Below, piece by piece: positions 1 through 8,051 of a stretch of DNA of 64,000 nucleotides. The notes beneath the pieces were generated by a model that worked only from the letters and a program-made list of their open reading frames with translations, searched no databases and had not been told where the DNA came from. How positions within the stretch are numbered: the stretch's first letter is position 1; each line of letters starts with the position of its first letter. Origin of the DNA: Pyrinomonadaceae bacterium (GTDB taxonomy: Bacteria > Acidobacteriota > Blastocatellia > Pyrinomonadales > Pyrinomonadaceae); the NCBI GenBank assembly GCA_036403435.1, contig DASWQY010000157.1, positions 3,186 through 67,185 on the forward strand, in the 5' to 3' direction. The translations under genes were made by a program, and so were the position numbers.

Positions 1-383
1 CGTTGATAGGCTTCGTAGAAGATGAGGATCGAGATGAGGATGAGCGCGACGCCGTTAATCAGCGCGGCGAGGATTTCGAGGCGGTAGTAGCCGAACGTCT
101 TGCTGGAGGTGGCCGGGCGCGAGCCGAACCAGACGGCGATGAGGGCGAGGGCCAGCGCCGCCACGTCCGTCAGCATGTGGCCCGCGTCCGCGAGCAGCGC
201 GAGCGAGCCGGTCAGCCAACCGCCGGCAGCCTCCGCCAGCATGTAGACGGCCGTCAGCACGAGCACGACGCTCAGCCGACGGCTGCTGCGCGCCGCGCGA
301 CCGTGGACGTGCGCGTGATGGCCGCCGCCGTTGTGGCGGTGTGCCAAATCGTGATTGCCGCTGTTACTCGTCGTGACCGCCAT
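1..383 (-). CDS. Cation diffusion facilitator (CzcD/ZitB-like) metal efflux protein, N-terminal part; the 3' end runs off the window
   Basis: Not in the ORF track because it is open at the window edge. The reverse complement from the ATG at 383-381 reads MAVTTSNSGNHDLAHRHNGGGHHAHVHGRAARSSRRLSVVLVLTAVYMLAEAAGGWLTGSLALLADAGHMLTDVAALALALIAVWFGSRPATSSKTFGYYRLEILAALINGVALILISILIFYEAYQ. It has a His-rich tail plus the SLALLADAGHMLTD and FGYYRLEILAAL motifs typical of CDF TM2/TM3. Confidence 0.8.
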   Translation of the reverse strand, partial: MAVTTSNSGNHDLAHRHNGGGHHAHVHGRAARSSRRLSVVLVLTAVYMLAEAAGGWLTGSLALLADAGHMLTDVAALALALIAVWFGSRPATSSKTFGYYRLEILAALINGVALILISILIFYEAYQ

Positions 384-393
384 AAACTATCGC

Positions 394-1602
394 TTACCCG
401 ATTTTCTCCAGCGCCTGCTCCACGTCCGCGACGATGTCCGCGGCCTCTTCGATGCCGACGGCGAAGCGGACGGTCGAGGCCGAGACGCCGGCGGCGCGCA
501 GTTGCTCGTCGGTGAAGCCCACGTGCGAAGAGTAGAGCGGGTAGCTGACCAAAGTCTCCACGCCGCCGAGGCTCGAAGCGCTCTTGACCAGACGGAGCGC
601 GTCGAAGAAGTGCTCGGCCTCGGGCTCGCCGCCCTCCAAATCAATCGCGACAACGCCGCCGCCGAGACCGCTCATCTGCCTGCGCGCGAGCCTGTAGTCC
701 GGGCTGTCTTCGAGGCCCGGATAATAAACGCGCGCCACCATTTTATTCCGACTCAAGGCGCGGGCCAACGCAAGGGCGTTCGCGCACGAGGCGCGCACGC
801 GCAGGGCAAGCGTCTTCAGCCCGCGGCCCAGGAGGTAGGCCGCCTCGGGGTCGAGCGTCGCGCCCGTCAGGAGCGCCACGCGGCGCGCGCGTGCGATGAA
901 ATCTTGTGTCCCGACGAGCACGCCCGCCGTCAAGTCCGAGTGGCCGCCGAGGTACTTCGTCGCGCTGTGCATGACGGCGTCAACGCCGTAAGCAATGGGG
1001 CGCTGTAGGATGGGTGTTGCGAACGTGCTGTCTATGACGGAGAAGAGGTCTGCGGCGCGGGCGGCGCGGGCCGCGAGTTCGAGGTCAACGAGACGGTTGA
1101 TCGGGTTGGCCGGCGACTCGAACCAGAAGAGGCGCGTGCTCTCGCCGCGAAGCTGGGGCAGGCGCTCGATGTCCTGAACGGCGATGAAGCGCGACCTGAT
1201 CTGAAACCGGCCCAGGACTTCGGTCATGATTTTGACCGTGCCGCCGTAGATGGATTCGCAGCAGATAATTTCGTCGCCGGATTGGCACAGCGCGGTGAGC
1301 GCGCAGAAGGTGGCCGCCGAGCCGGAGGAGGTGACGAGCGCCGCCTCGCCCCCTTCAAGGGCGGCGATGGCGCGCTCGACCTCGGCGACGGTCGGGTTAC
1401 TGTAGCGCGAATAGAAGTAGGCTTCCGGCAGCTCGCCGCGCGCGTAGCGGCGCATCTCGTCGAAAGTCTCGAAGCCGTAAGTTGACGAACGGAAGACGGG
1501 CGAGACGACCGCGCCGAACGGCTGAGGCCGGCGCTCGCCGCCGTGCACGGCGTCGGTGGCCGTCGAGCCTTGTCCGTTCTTACTCTGCTCGTCTGAAGCC
1601 AT
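394..1602 (-). CDS. Cys/Met-metabolism PLP-dependent enzyme (cystathionine gamma-synthase / gamma-lyase / methionine gamma-lyase family)
   Basis: 402-aa ORF. The SATKYLGGHSD PLP-lysine motif, YSRYSNPT, and overall length fit the family. Its stop lies 11 nt upstream of the CDF gene start. Confidence 0.85.
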   Translation of the reverse strand: MASDEQSKNGQGSTATDAVHGGERRPQPFGAVVSPVFRSSTYGFETFDEMRRYARGELPEAYFYSRYSNPTVAEVERAIAALEGGEAALVTSSGSAATFCALTALCQSGDEIICCESIYGGTVKIMTEVLGRFQIRSRFIAVQDIERLPQLRGESTRLFWFESPANPINRLVDLELAARAARAADLFSVIDSTFATPILQRPIAYGVDAVMHSATKYLGGHSDLTAGVLVGTQDFIARARRVALLTGATLDPEAAYLLGRGLKTLALRVRASCANALALARALSRNKMVARVYYPGLEDSPDYRLARRQMSGLGGGVVAIDLEGGEPEAEHFFDALRLVKSASSLGGVETLVSYPLYSSHVGFTDEQLRAAGVSASTVRFAVGIEEAADIVADVEQALEKIG

Positions 1603-1621
1603 GCCCCCTCCTTAAAATTGC

Positions 1622-1696
1622 CCAACCACGCGCATCACACGAAACGACACTAAATGGCTTGAACTGCGTGTCGTTTCGTGTGATGCGCGTGGTCGG
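1622..1696. repeat. Long hairpin element, CACGAA family
   Basis: Arms are ccaACCACGCGCATCACACGAAACGACAC (1622-1650) and GTGTCGTTTCGTGTGATGCGCGTGGTcgg (1668-1696). The stem is 26 bp and perfect, with a 17-nt loop. It lies in the gap downstream of the 937-aa minus-strand gene. Confidence 0.8.
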
Positions 1697-1783
1697 TTAC
1701 TCTCTCTCATCGCACACCAGTCTAAGCTTAGCAGATTACGAAAGAGGCCGACAGCCTGTGCGAGTTCGTCCGGCGGAAGGAAG

Positions 1784-4597
1784 TTACGGCGCGGGGTCGT
1801 TGTCCACGATGGTCGCCGTGCCCTGGCTGGCGGCGAGGGTGGCGTTGACCTGGTCGGAAAGAATGAGTTTGAAAGTCTCGTCGGGCTCGTCCGAGAGGTC
1901 GCCCTTCACCGGCACGGCCACGGTTTTGGCGGTCTGGCCGGGCGAGAAGATTAAGGTCGTGAGCGCCCTGGCCGTGTAGTCGGCGGGGGTCGCGGCCGTG
2001 CCGTCCGCCGTCTGGTATTTGACAGAGACGTTCCGGCCGCTCGCGGTGCTGAGTCTGACGGTGAAGACGGCGTTGAGTGTGCCACTGTTCCCCTCCGTCA
2101 CGGTCACGTTGTTGACCGAAAGCGCGGGGGCTTCGTTGTTGTCAATAATCGTCCCGACGCCCTGGCTGACGGCGAGCGTGGCGTTGACCGGGCCGGACAG
2201 GACCAGGTTGAAAGTCTCGTTCGCTTCGTCCAGCAGGTCGCCCTTCACGGCCACCGTCACGGGGAGGCTGGTCTGACCGGGCGCGAACGTCAGAGTCGTC
2301 AGCGGGACCGAGGTGTAGTCCGCGGGGGCGACGGCCGTACCGTTCGTGGTCTGACACTTGACCGTGACGGTCCGCGCGCTCTGGGCCGACAGGCTGACGG
2401 TGAAGGTGGCGTTGACCGTGCCCGGATTGACCTCCGTGACGGCGACTCTGTTGACTCTCAGGCTCGGGGTCGGGTCGTTGTCAGTGATCGTCCCGAGCCC
2501 GCTCGCCTCGGCGACGGTCGCGTTAGTCGGGGCCGAGAGGTTCACGCTGAAAGTCTCGTTGGCCTCGTCCAGCAAGTCGCCCCTGACCTGCACGGTGACG
2601 GGGAGACTGGTCCGCCCCGGCGCGAACGTCAGCGTCGTCAATGGCACGGCATTGTAATCTGTGGAGGCCGTGGCCGTGCCGTTGGCCGTCTGGTACTTGA
2701 CCGTGACGGTCTGCGCGCTCGCGGCGGACAAGCTGACGTTGAAGACGGCGTTGAGCGCGCCGGTGTTCCCTTCGGTCACGGTCACGTCGCTGATTGAAAT
2801 CGCGGGCATCGTCGCCGCGGGCGGGGCGACGTTGATGTTGACGGGGCTCGAAGTGGTCTGAGCGCCCGCGCTGTCTGTCGCGACGGCCGTCAGCGCGTAC
2901 TGGCCTTCAGGCACGTTGGCCCAGGTGATGCCGTAAGGGCTCGTCGTGTCTGTGCCAATTAAGTTGGCCCCGGCGTAGAAGTCCACGCGGGCGACGTTGC
3001 CGTCCCGGTCCGAAGCACTCGCGGCGAGTGTGACGCTCGCGGGCGCAGTGAAAGTCGCGCCATTGGCCGGGGCGCTCAGGCTCGCCGCGGGCTTGCTGTT
3101 GGGGCCGACTAGCAGCGTGTTGGAGAGAGCGCCGCCCGGATACGTGGCCGTGATTTTGGCGTAAAGTTCGTCCGCGACGGGCGCGGTGTTGACGGCGAAG
3201 ACGGCCGTGCGCGCCCCTTCGGGGACGGTGACGGAGGGCGGAGGAGTCGCCACGGAATAGTTACTGCTTGCGAGCGTGACCTGAACGCCGCCGGCCGGTG
3301 CGGGGGCGACGAGCTTGAGAGTCGCGCTCGTAGGGCCGCCGCCTCCGACCTCTATCGGGTTCAGTCGGAGCGAGGACTCGGCCGCGTCCGATTGATTAAA
3401 AGGCGCGAGGCCGTTGGGGAAAGGCCGGTAGAGTGGGTCGCCTATGTTGGCGATCATCCACTTGAGCCATTCCGTGTTGCGCAAGAGCGCGTCGCCGACG
3501 TTGGCCCCCTCGAAGAGGTTGCGGAAGACCCCGTCCGGGTGCGCGACGCCTTCAAGGTACGGCTCATCCACAGCGCCGCTCGTGACGGTGATGCCTTTGA
3601 TGATGGCGTTACGCGACCAGTTCGCCCCGTCGCGTATGTTGTAGGCCGACGAGCTGTCGGTGTGAAAGCCTATCGCGCCCGGCCGCCACGTGAAGGCGTC
3701 GTTGTAATTATTAAGACTGTACCAGCCGGCGTAGAGCGCCGCATCGTCGCAGCGCAGGGGCGCGGGCGCTGTGCCAAATTCGGCGAAGTTGCTGTCCTCC
3801 AGGACCTCGAAGCCCGCGCGCCGCGCCTCATCTGCGCCGCGGTGAATGTCCCAGTCGCCGGAGCCGTACCTGTAATCGTCCGCCTGGCTGATGTCGCCCT
3901 GTATGTCGAAGCACCCGCGCCCCGAGAGGCCATTGGCCTCCGCCAGCAGCGCCTTGTCAACGAGCCCCTTCGCCAGCGCGGCGCTCGCGCCGTCGAGCCG
4001 CCAGACGGAGTAGAGATGCTTGGCCGCAGGCTGCTCCCGGTAGTCGGAGAGCGAGACGAAAGGCTGGTAATGATTCCCCTGGCTCTGCGCCGGGGCGTAG
4101 TAGGCGTGCGCCCCGACCGCATCCCTGCCGCTCGTATCCTCGTCCCAGACATCAGCGATCTGCTGGTCAACCGCGCGGATGGGGTTCCCGGCCTTGTACG
4201 GAGTCAGGTAGGTGAAGACGATGTAAAGAATCTTGTCCCGGCCGACCGCGTTGAGACAATTCCTGACCGGGTCTCTGACGGCCGCGTCGAAAGCATTCCA
4301 GTCGGGAATGTAATAGGTCTCGGTGGTGCTGATCGCGCACTTGTTGGCGGCGGGAATCCCGCGCTTGGTCATGTAGTAGTCCGCGACTTGAACCGACTCC
4401 GGCTCGTTCGGGTTGTAAACGACCAGGACCCTTTCGTTGAGCGGGAGAGCTTGCGGTTGAGGAGGCGTGAAGCCGTGGGCGGCCTCGCGGCCCGAAGCGA
4501 AGCACGCGAGCGCGACGTAGGCCAGGAGGCACGCTGCGGTGGGCCGCGGGGCGCGCGAGTTATTCAAAGATGGTTTTCGACCCCGTCTGCGACGCAT
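1784..4597 (-). CDS. Secreted multidomain protein: TIGR03790-like N-terminal domain, Ig-like middle region, three C-terminal Calx-beta domains
   Basis: 937 aa. The N-terminus is basic then hydrophobic, consistent with a signal peptide. LVVYNPNEPESVQVADYYMTKRGIP resembles the TIGR03790 family (recognised from memory). There are three ~113-aa repeats with the Calx-beta signature (VxVTEGNxG...TVxVxYxTxxGTAxxxxDY...GDLLDEANETF). Confidence 0.75.
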   Translation of the reverse strand: MRRRRGRKPSLNNSRAPRPTAACLLAYVALACFASGREAAHGFTPPQPQALPLNERVLVVYNPNEPESVQVADYYMTKRGIPAANKCAISTTETYYIPDWNAFDAAVRDPVRNCLNAVGRDKILYIVFTYLTPYKAGNPIRAVDQQIADVWDEDTSGRDAVGAHAYYAPAQSQGNHYQPFVSLSDYREQPAAKHLYSVWRLDGASAALAKGLVDKALLAEANGLSGRGCFDIQGDISQADDYRYGSGDWDIHRGADEARRAGFEVLEDSNFAEFGTAPAPLRCDDAALYAGWYSLNNYNDAFTWRPGAIGFHTDSSSAYNIRDGANWSRNAIIKGITVTSGAVDEPYLEGVAHPDGVFRNLFEGANVGDALLRNTEWLKWMIANIGDPLYRPFPNGLAPFNQSDAAESSLRLNPIEVGGGGPTSATLKLVAPAPAGGVQVTLASSNYSVATPPPSVTVPEGARTAVFAVNTAPVADELYAKITATYPGGALSNTLLVGPNSKPAASLSAPANGATFTAPASVTLAASASDRDGNVARVDFYAGANLIGTDTTSPYGITWANVPEGQYALTAVATDSAGAQTTSSPVNINVAPPAATMPAISISDVTVTEGNTGALNAVFNVSLSAASAQTVTVKYQTANGTATASTDYNAVPLTTLTFAPGRTSLPVTVQVRGDLLDEANETFSVNLSAPTNATVAEASGLGTITDNDPTPSLRVNRVAVTEVNPGTVNATFTVSLSAQSARTVTVKCQTTNGTAVAPADYTSVPLTTLTFAPGQTSLPVTVAVKGDLLDEANETFNLVLSGPVNATLAVSQGVGTIIDNNEAPALSVNNVTVTEGNSGTLNAVFTVRLSTASGRNVSVKYQTADGTAATPADYTARALTTLIFSPGQTAKTVAVPVKGDLSDEPDETFKLILSDQVNATLAASQGTATIVDNDPAP
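1787..2800 (-). repeat. Three tandem ~339-nt coding repeats (Calx-beta modules)
   Basis: Protein repeats of 112, 113 and 113 aa run from ISISDVTVTEGN to IVDNDPAP. The copies are diverged, so this is not a recent DNA duplication. Confidence 0.8.
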
Positions 4598-4729
4598 CGA
4601 CTCCCCTTACGCCTGCTGATAACTACGGGTCTGAAAGTAGGGCCGTTCCGCTCGACGTGTCAACGGATTTCTGTTGGGAGACCCGCAAAATTTTTACCGG
4701 CCCCGCAAAATCTTTTTGATTGACAGCGA

Positions 4730-5026
4730 GTGTCACGCGGGCCGAAGATACTCACAGTGAGCGACGAAGCCGCGACAAAACCGGCTCTCGAAACCGTCTT
4801 GGAGCACATCAGCGACCTGCGTGACGGGATGGATGCTTTCCGCGCTGAGATGAGCACTTTCCGCGATGAGATGAACGCTTTCCGCGCTTCCACAGAAGAG
4901 AGGCTAGAGCGCATTGGGATACGCATGGACAGGATCGAGAGTATAGCTCTAGAGGCGCGCGCCGATGTCAGAGAGCTTAAACGTGAGTTCAACGACTTCC
5001 GCTCCCAATTCAAACAGCCCGCCTGA
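4730..5026 (+). CDS. Hypothetical small coiled-coil protein (start uncertain; an in-frame GTG at 4757 is also possible)
   Basis: 98-aa ORF with the heptad-like repeat AFRAEMSTFRDEMNAFRAS. Its codon usage (GCT, ATA, CTA, AGA, AGG) is atypical for this GC-rich window. The competing minus-strand ORF at 4660-5013 is Ser/Arg-rich and less plausible. Confidence 0.35.
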   Translation: MSRGPKILTVSDEAATKPALETVLEHISDLRDGMDAFRAEMSTFRDEMNAFRASTEERLERIGIRMDRIESIALEARADVRELKREFNDFRSQFKQPA

Positions 5027-5097
5027 GTTTCCCCGAACCTTAACGCGTCATCTGGAATCCGGCAATCGAACCCGGCGCGGGATTTCTGTCTCTCGTC

Positions 5098-5892
5098 TTA
5101 AATGGCTGCGACGTTGAGCGCGGCGTTGAAGTCGCGGTAGAGGTCGTTGAAGTCGCGCATCGTGCGTTCGAGCACCTGCGGCAGGTTCTCCACGTCGGCG
5201 GTGTTGACCACGAGGTTGACGTTCTGGACGAAGGCGGCGTGGCTGTCGAGCGTGCGGACCGTCTGCGAGAGGTGGACGAAGACGAGGCGGCGGCGCTTGG
5301 CCGGGCCAAGCACGTTGATCTCGCTCGTGACGAAGGCCGCGCCCTGCTCCACGGGGTCGAACTCCGCTTCGAGAATCACCACGTCCATCTGGTCCTCGCG
5401 CATGCGCTCGATGGCCTGCGACGTGTCCTCCGCGATGTACACCTGATAGTCCGCGTCAACCATCGCGCGCCCTATGGCCTCGCGGCGCGGAGGCGTGACG
5501 CACACGAGCGCGCGCCGCCGCTCCCACTTCAGGCGCGACGCACTGGGCGACTTGGCGGCCGGCGCGGCCGCGTTCTTCTGCAACAGTTCCATCAGCAGGC
5601 CGGCCAGGTCCTGCGCCGCGGGCTGTCCCTGGTTGCCGTAGCCCTGCACTTCTTCCGCCCCGGCAGACCTTTCGGGCATGAAGGCGGGGGCCGCCGCCTG
5701 CGGCTTGTAGCGCCGGTTTTCGAGCGCCGGCGTCTCGCCGAGCGAAAGCGCGCTCGGCTCACTCGACGCCGCGGGCGGCTGCGCCTGAATGATGTTCTGG
5801 CACTTGGGACAGCGCACGGTGAAGGGCCGTGTCGGAACCTTCGTGTCGTCGAGTTGCAGGCGCGTCGTGCAGTTTGAGCAGACAACTATCAT
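5098..5892 (-). CDS. MJ0042-type zinc-ribbon protein with a C-terminal receiver-like (pseudo-receiver) domain
   Basis: The start is set at the ATG at 5892-5890 (MIVVCSNCTTRLQLDDTKVPTRPFTVRCPKCQNI, i.e. CxxC...CxxC). The track start at 5979 would overlap pilT. The C-terminal ~130 aa have a CheY-like alternating pattern, but the usual acceptor position reads VVILEAEF (Glu rather than Asp). Confidence 0.65.
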   Translation of the reverse strand: MIVVCSNCTTRLQLDDTKVPTRPFTVRCPKCQNIIQAQPPAASSEPSALSLGETPALENRRYKPQAAAPAFMPERSAGAEEVQGYGNQGQPAAQDLAGLLMELLQKNAAAPAAKSPSASRLKWERRRALVCVTPPRREAIGRAMVDADYQVYIAEDTSQAIERMREDQMDVVILEAEFDPVEQGAAFVTSEINVLGPAKRRRLVFVHLSQTVRTLDSHAAFVQNVNLVVNTADVENLPQVLERTMRDFNDLYRDFNAALNVAAI

Positions 5893-5971
5893 CGTTTTTC
5901 GTGTGCTTCGGGAAGTTGATTGAGACGCCGCCCCATTGGGTGCCCGGCCGGGGCGGCAAAATTTTTCGGCC

Positions 5972-7156
5972 TCACTCAATGACGCTGAGCATCGAGCCGT
6001 AGTCCTTGAAGGAGCCGACGGGAACCTTGTTGGTCTCGTCGCGGATATAATCCTCCGACGAGGAGAGCCCCTTCAAGGCCAGCAGCAAGTTGTTCTGGTT
6101 GGTGGCGAAGGCGAGGCCGTCTTCGAGCGTGATGACGTTGCGCTGGATCATGTCCTTGATGACGCCGTCGAAGTCCTGCATCCCGTCGAGCTTCCCGTCG
6201 CGCATCGCGTCGAGCAGGGACTTGCCCTCGCTCTCGCCCTCTTCGATGTATTCGCGCGTGCGCGGGCTCGACTTGAGAATCTCGACCGCGGCGACGCGGC
6301 CCCGGCCGTCGGCGCGCGGGATCAATCGCTGCGAGACGATGTAGCGGAACGTCTGGGCCAGCCGCGTGCGAATCACCTTCTCCTCGTTCTTCGGGTAGAG
6401 GCCGATGATGCGGTCAATGGATTTCGAGGCGTCAATCGTATGGAGTGTCGAGAGCACGAGGTGCCCGGTCTCTGCGGCTTCGAGCGCGATCTCCGTGGTC
6501 TCGAAGTCGCGCATCTCGCCGATGAGAATCACCTTCGGTGCCTGGCGCAAGGCCGCGCGCAGGGCCGACGGGAAATCCTTCGTGTCGGAGCCGACCTCGC
6601 GCTGGTTGATGGTGGAGTTCTTGTGGACGTGGAGGAACTCTATCGGGTCTTCGATGGTAACGACGTGGTAGTGCTTCGTCTCGTTGATGATGTCTATGAC
6701 GGCGGCGAGCGTGGAGCTTTTGCCGGAGCCGGTCGGGCCGGTCAGAAGCACTATGCCGTTGCGCATCTCCGCGATCTCGGCGAGCTGCGACGGCAGGCCC
6801 AGTGTCTTGATGCTCGGGATGTCCGTCGGGATGACGCGCATGACGATAGAGTAGGAGCCGCGCTGCTGAAAGATGTTGACGCGGAAGCGGACGCGCGAGG
6901 GCAAAGAGTAGCTCAGGTCGGCCGTGCCCGCGTGGGCCAAACGCTCCGCCGCCTCGGGGTTCCCCTGCATCAAGGTCATCGCGATGATCTCGGTCTGATA
7001 CGGCATCAGCTTTTGCAGGCCGAGCGGCTGCACCGGAGTCAGCTTGCCGTTGACCTCGACCTGCGGGGGCTGGCCGACGCTGAAGTTCAGGTCGCTGATC
7101 TTGTCCGAGACGAGCAGCATGCGCTCGATGATGGGCGGCAGGTCAAAGAAGCTCAT
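5972..7156 (-). CDS. pilT: Type IV pilus retraction (twitching motility) ATPase, PilT/PilU family
   Basis: 394 aa. Walker A is GPTGSGKSSTLAAVID, the Walker B region is VILIGEMRD, and the His box is TGHLVLSTLHT. Confidence 0.9.
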   Translation of the reverse strand: MSFFDLPPIIERMLLVSDKISDLNFSVGQPPQVEVNGKLTPVQPLGLQKLMPYQTEIIAMTLMQGNPEAAERLAHAGTADLSYSLPSRVRFRVNIFQQRGSYSIVMRVIPTDIPSIKTLGLPSQLAEIAEMRNGIVLLTGPTGSGKSSTLAAVIDIINETKHYHVVTIEDPIEFLHVHKNSTINQREVGSDTKDFPSALRAALRQAPKVILIGEMRDFETTEIALEAAETGHLVLSTLHTIDASKSIDRIIGLYPKNEEKVIRTRLAQTFRYIVSQRLIPRADGRGRVAAVEILKSSPRTREYIEEGESEGKSLLDAMRDGKLDGMQDFDGVIKDMIQRNVITLEDGLAFATNQNNLLLALKGLSSSEDYIRDETNKVPVGSFKDYGSMLSVIE

Positions 7157-7345
7157 TGATTGATGGGCACTCCGCTAGAATTTGAAACGACCGGGAAAGG
7201 GCCTTTAGGTAAGCGAACTGTCTTCGGGAAGAGTATGGGGGCAGCGACTCGAAGCGGCCGCCCCGAACGACCTCATGATTGTCGCGTAAAACGATGATAA
7301 AACGCAAGCAAAAAGTGTTGACCTTAGCGTTTTACGGGAGAAATC

Positions 7346-7981
7346 TTAAGATTCGGGGTCGAGGAGGGCCGAGATTTCCCGCGCGCGGCGCTCGATTTCT
7401 TCCGGCTCATGGAGGAGGAGGCTGATGACGGCGACCGCGTCGGCCCCGGCCGTGAGGACTTCGCGTGCGTTTTCGGCGCGGACGCCGCCGATGGCGACGA
7501 GCGGGATTTGGCCCACAATCCGGCGGACGCGGCGCAAGCCTTCGAGGCCGACGACGGGGTCCGGGTGCTCTTTGGACGAGGTCTCGAAGATTGGGCCAAT
7601 GGCGATGTAATCGACGGGCAGCTCGATGGCTTCCCTCGCCTGCTCTTCGTTATGCGTGGAGAAGCCGATGACGGCCCGCTCGCCGAGCAGTTGACGCGCC
7701 GCCGCCGGCGGCAGATCATCCTGGCCCAAATGAACGCCGTCCGCCCCGAGCGCGAGCGCGATGTCTGCGCGGTCGTTGACGACGAGGCGCATGCCCGACT
7801 CGCGCGCGACGCGCAAAGCGTCTTCGGCTTCCCTGTAGAACGCGCGCGGCGAGAGATGCTTCTCGCGCACCTGCACGAACGTCGCCCCGCCCGCGGCCAA
7901 GCGCCTCACCTGCTCCGCGTGCGAGAGCCCGGAGAGTCGCCTATCGGTTATCGGATAAATTTTCGGCAGGTTGATTCGCAA
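7346..7981 (-). CDS. thiE: Thiamine-phosphate synthase
   Basis: 211 aa with a TTG start. Motifs are IYPITDRRL, FVQVREKHLS, GADGVHLGQDDL, DYIAIGPIFETSSK and PLVAIGGV. Confidence 0.9.
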   Translation of the reverse strand: MRINLPKIYPITDRRLSGLSHAEQVRRLAAGGATFVQVREKHLSPRAFYREAEDALRVARESGMRLVVNDRADIALALGADGVHLGQDDLPPAAARQLLGERAVIGFSTHNEEQAREAIELPVDYIAIGPIFETSSKEHPDPVVGLEGLRRVRRIVGQIPLVAIGGVRAENAREVLTAGADAVAVISLLLHEPEEIERRAREISALLDPES

Positions 7982-8003
7982 AGTTAAGTCGAACTATTTT
8001 CGT

Positions 8004-8041
8004 CGCGCCCTTGCGTGAGATTATTTTCACGCCAGGGCGCG
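8004..8041 (-). terminator. Hairpin between the glucan synthase stop and the thiE start (no U-tract)
   Basis: CGCGCCCTTGCGTGA (8004-8018) pairs with TCACGCCAGGGCGCG (8027-8041). The stem is 15 bp with one mismatch and the loop is 8 nt. Confidence 0.3.
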
Positions 8042-8051
8042 AAGAAGAGTC

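Noticed and set aside
4660-5013. Minus-strand 117-aa ORF overlapping the small coiled-coil ORF.
   Set aside because: It has a Ser/Arg/Leu-rich low-complexity translation and no start context. The plus-strand frame shows a heptad-like repeat, although it too is only a weak call.
5040-5085. tRNA-like T-arm sequence on the minus strand (GCGCCGGGTTCGATTGCCGGATTCCA), considered as a tRNA gene or an integrase att remnant.
   Set aside because: Only a 4-bp T-stem with an oversized loop can be drawn. No acceptor, D or anticodon arms can be drawn from the flanks, and no integrase is nearby.
7982-8051. TPP riboswitch upstream of thiE, and likewise an FMN riboswitch upstream of ribA (27831-27965).
   Set aside because: The gaps are 70 nt and 135 nt (with a promoter about 40 nt from the ribA ATG), which is too short for these aptamers. 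No CTGAGA/ACCTGA (THI-box) or FMN-element core sequences were seen.
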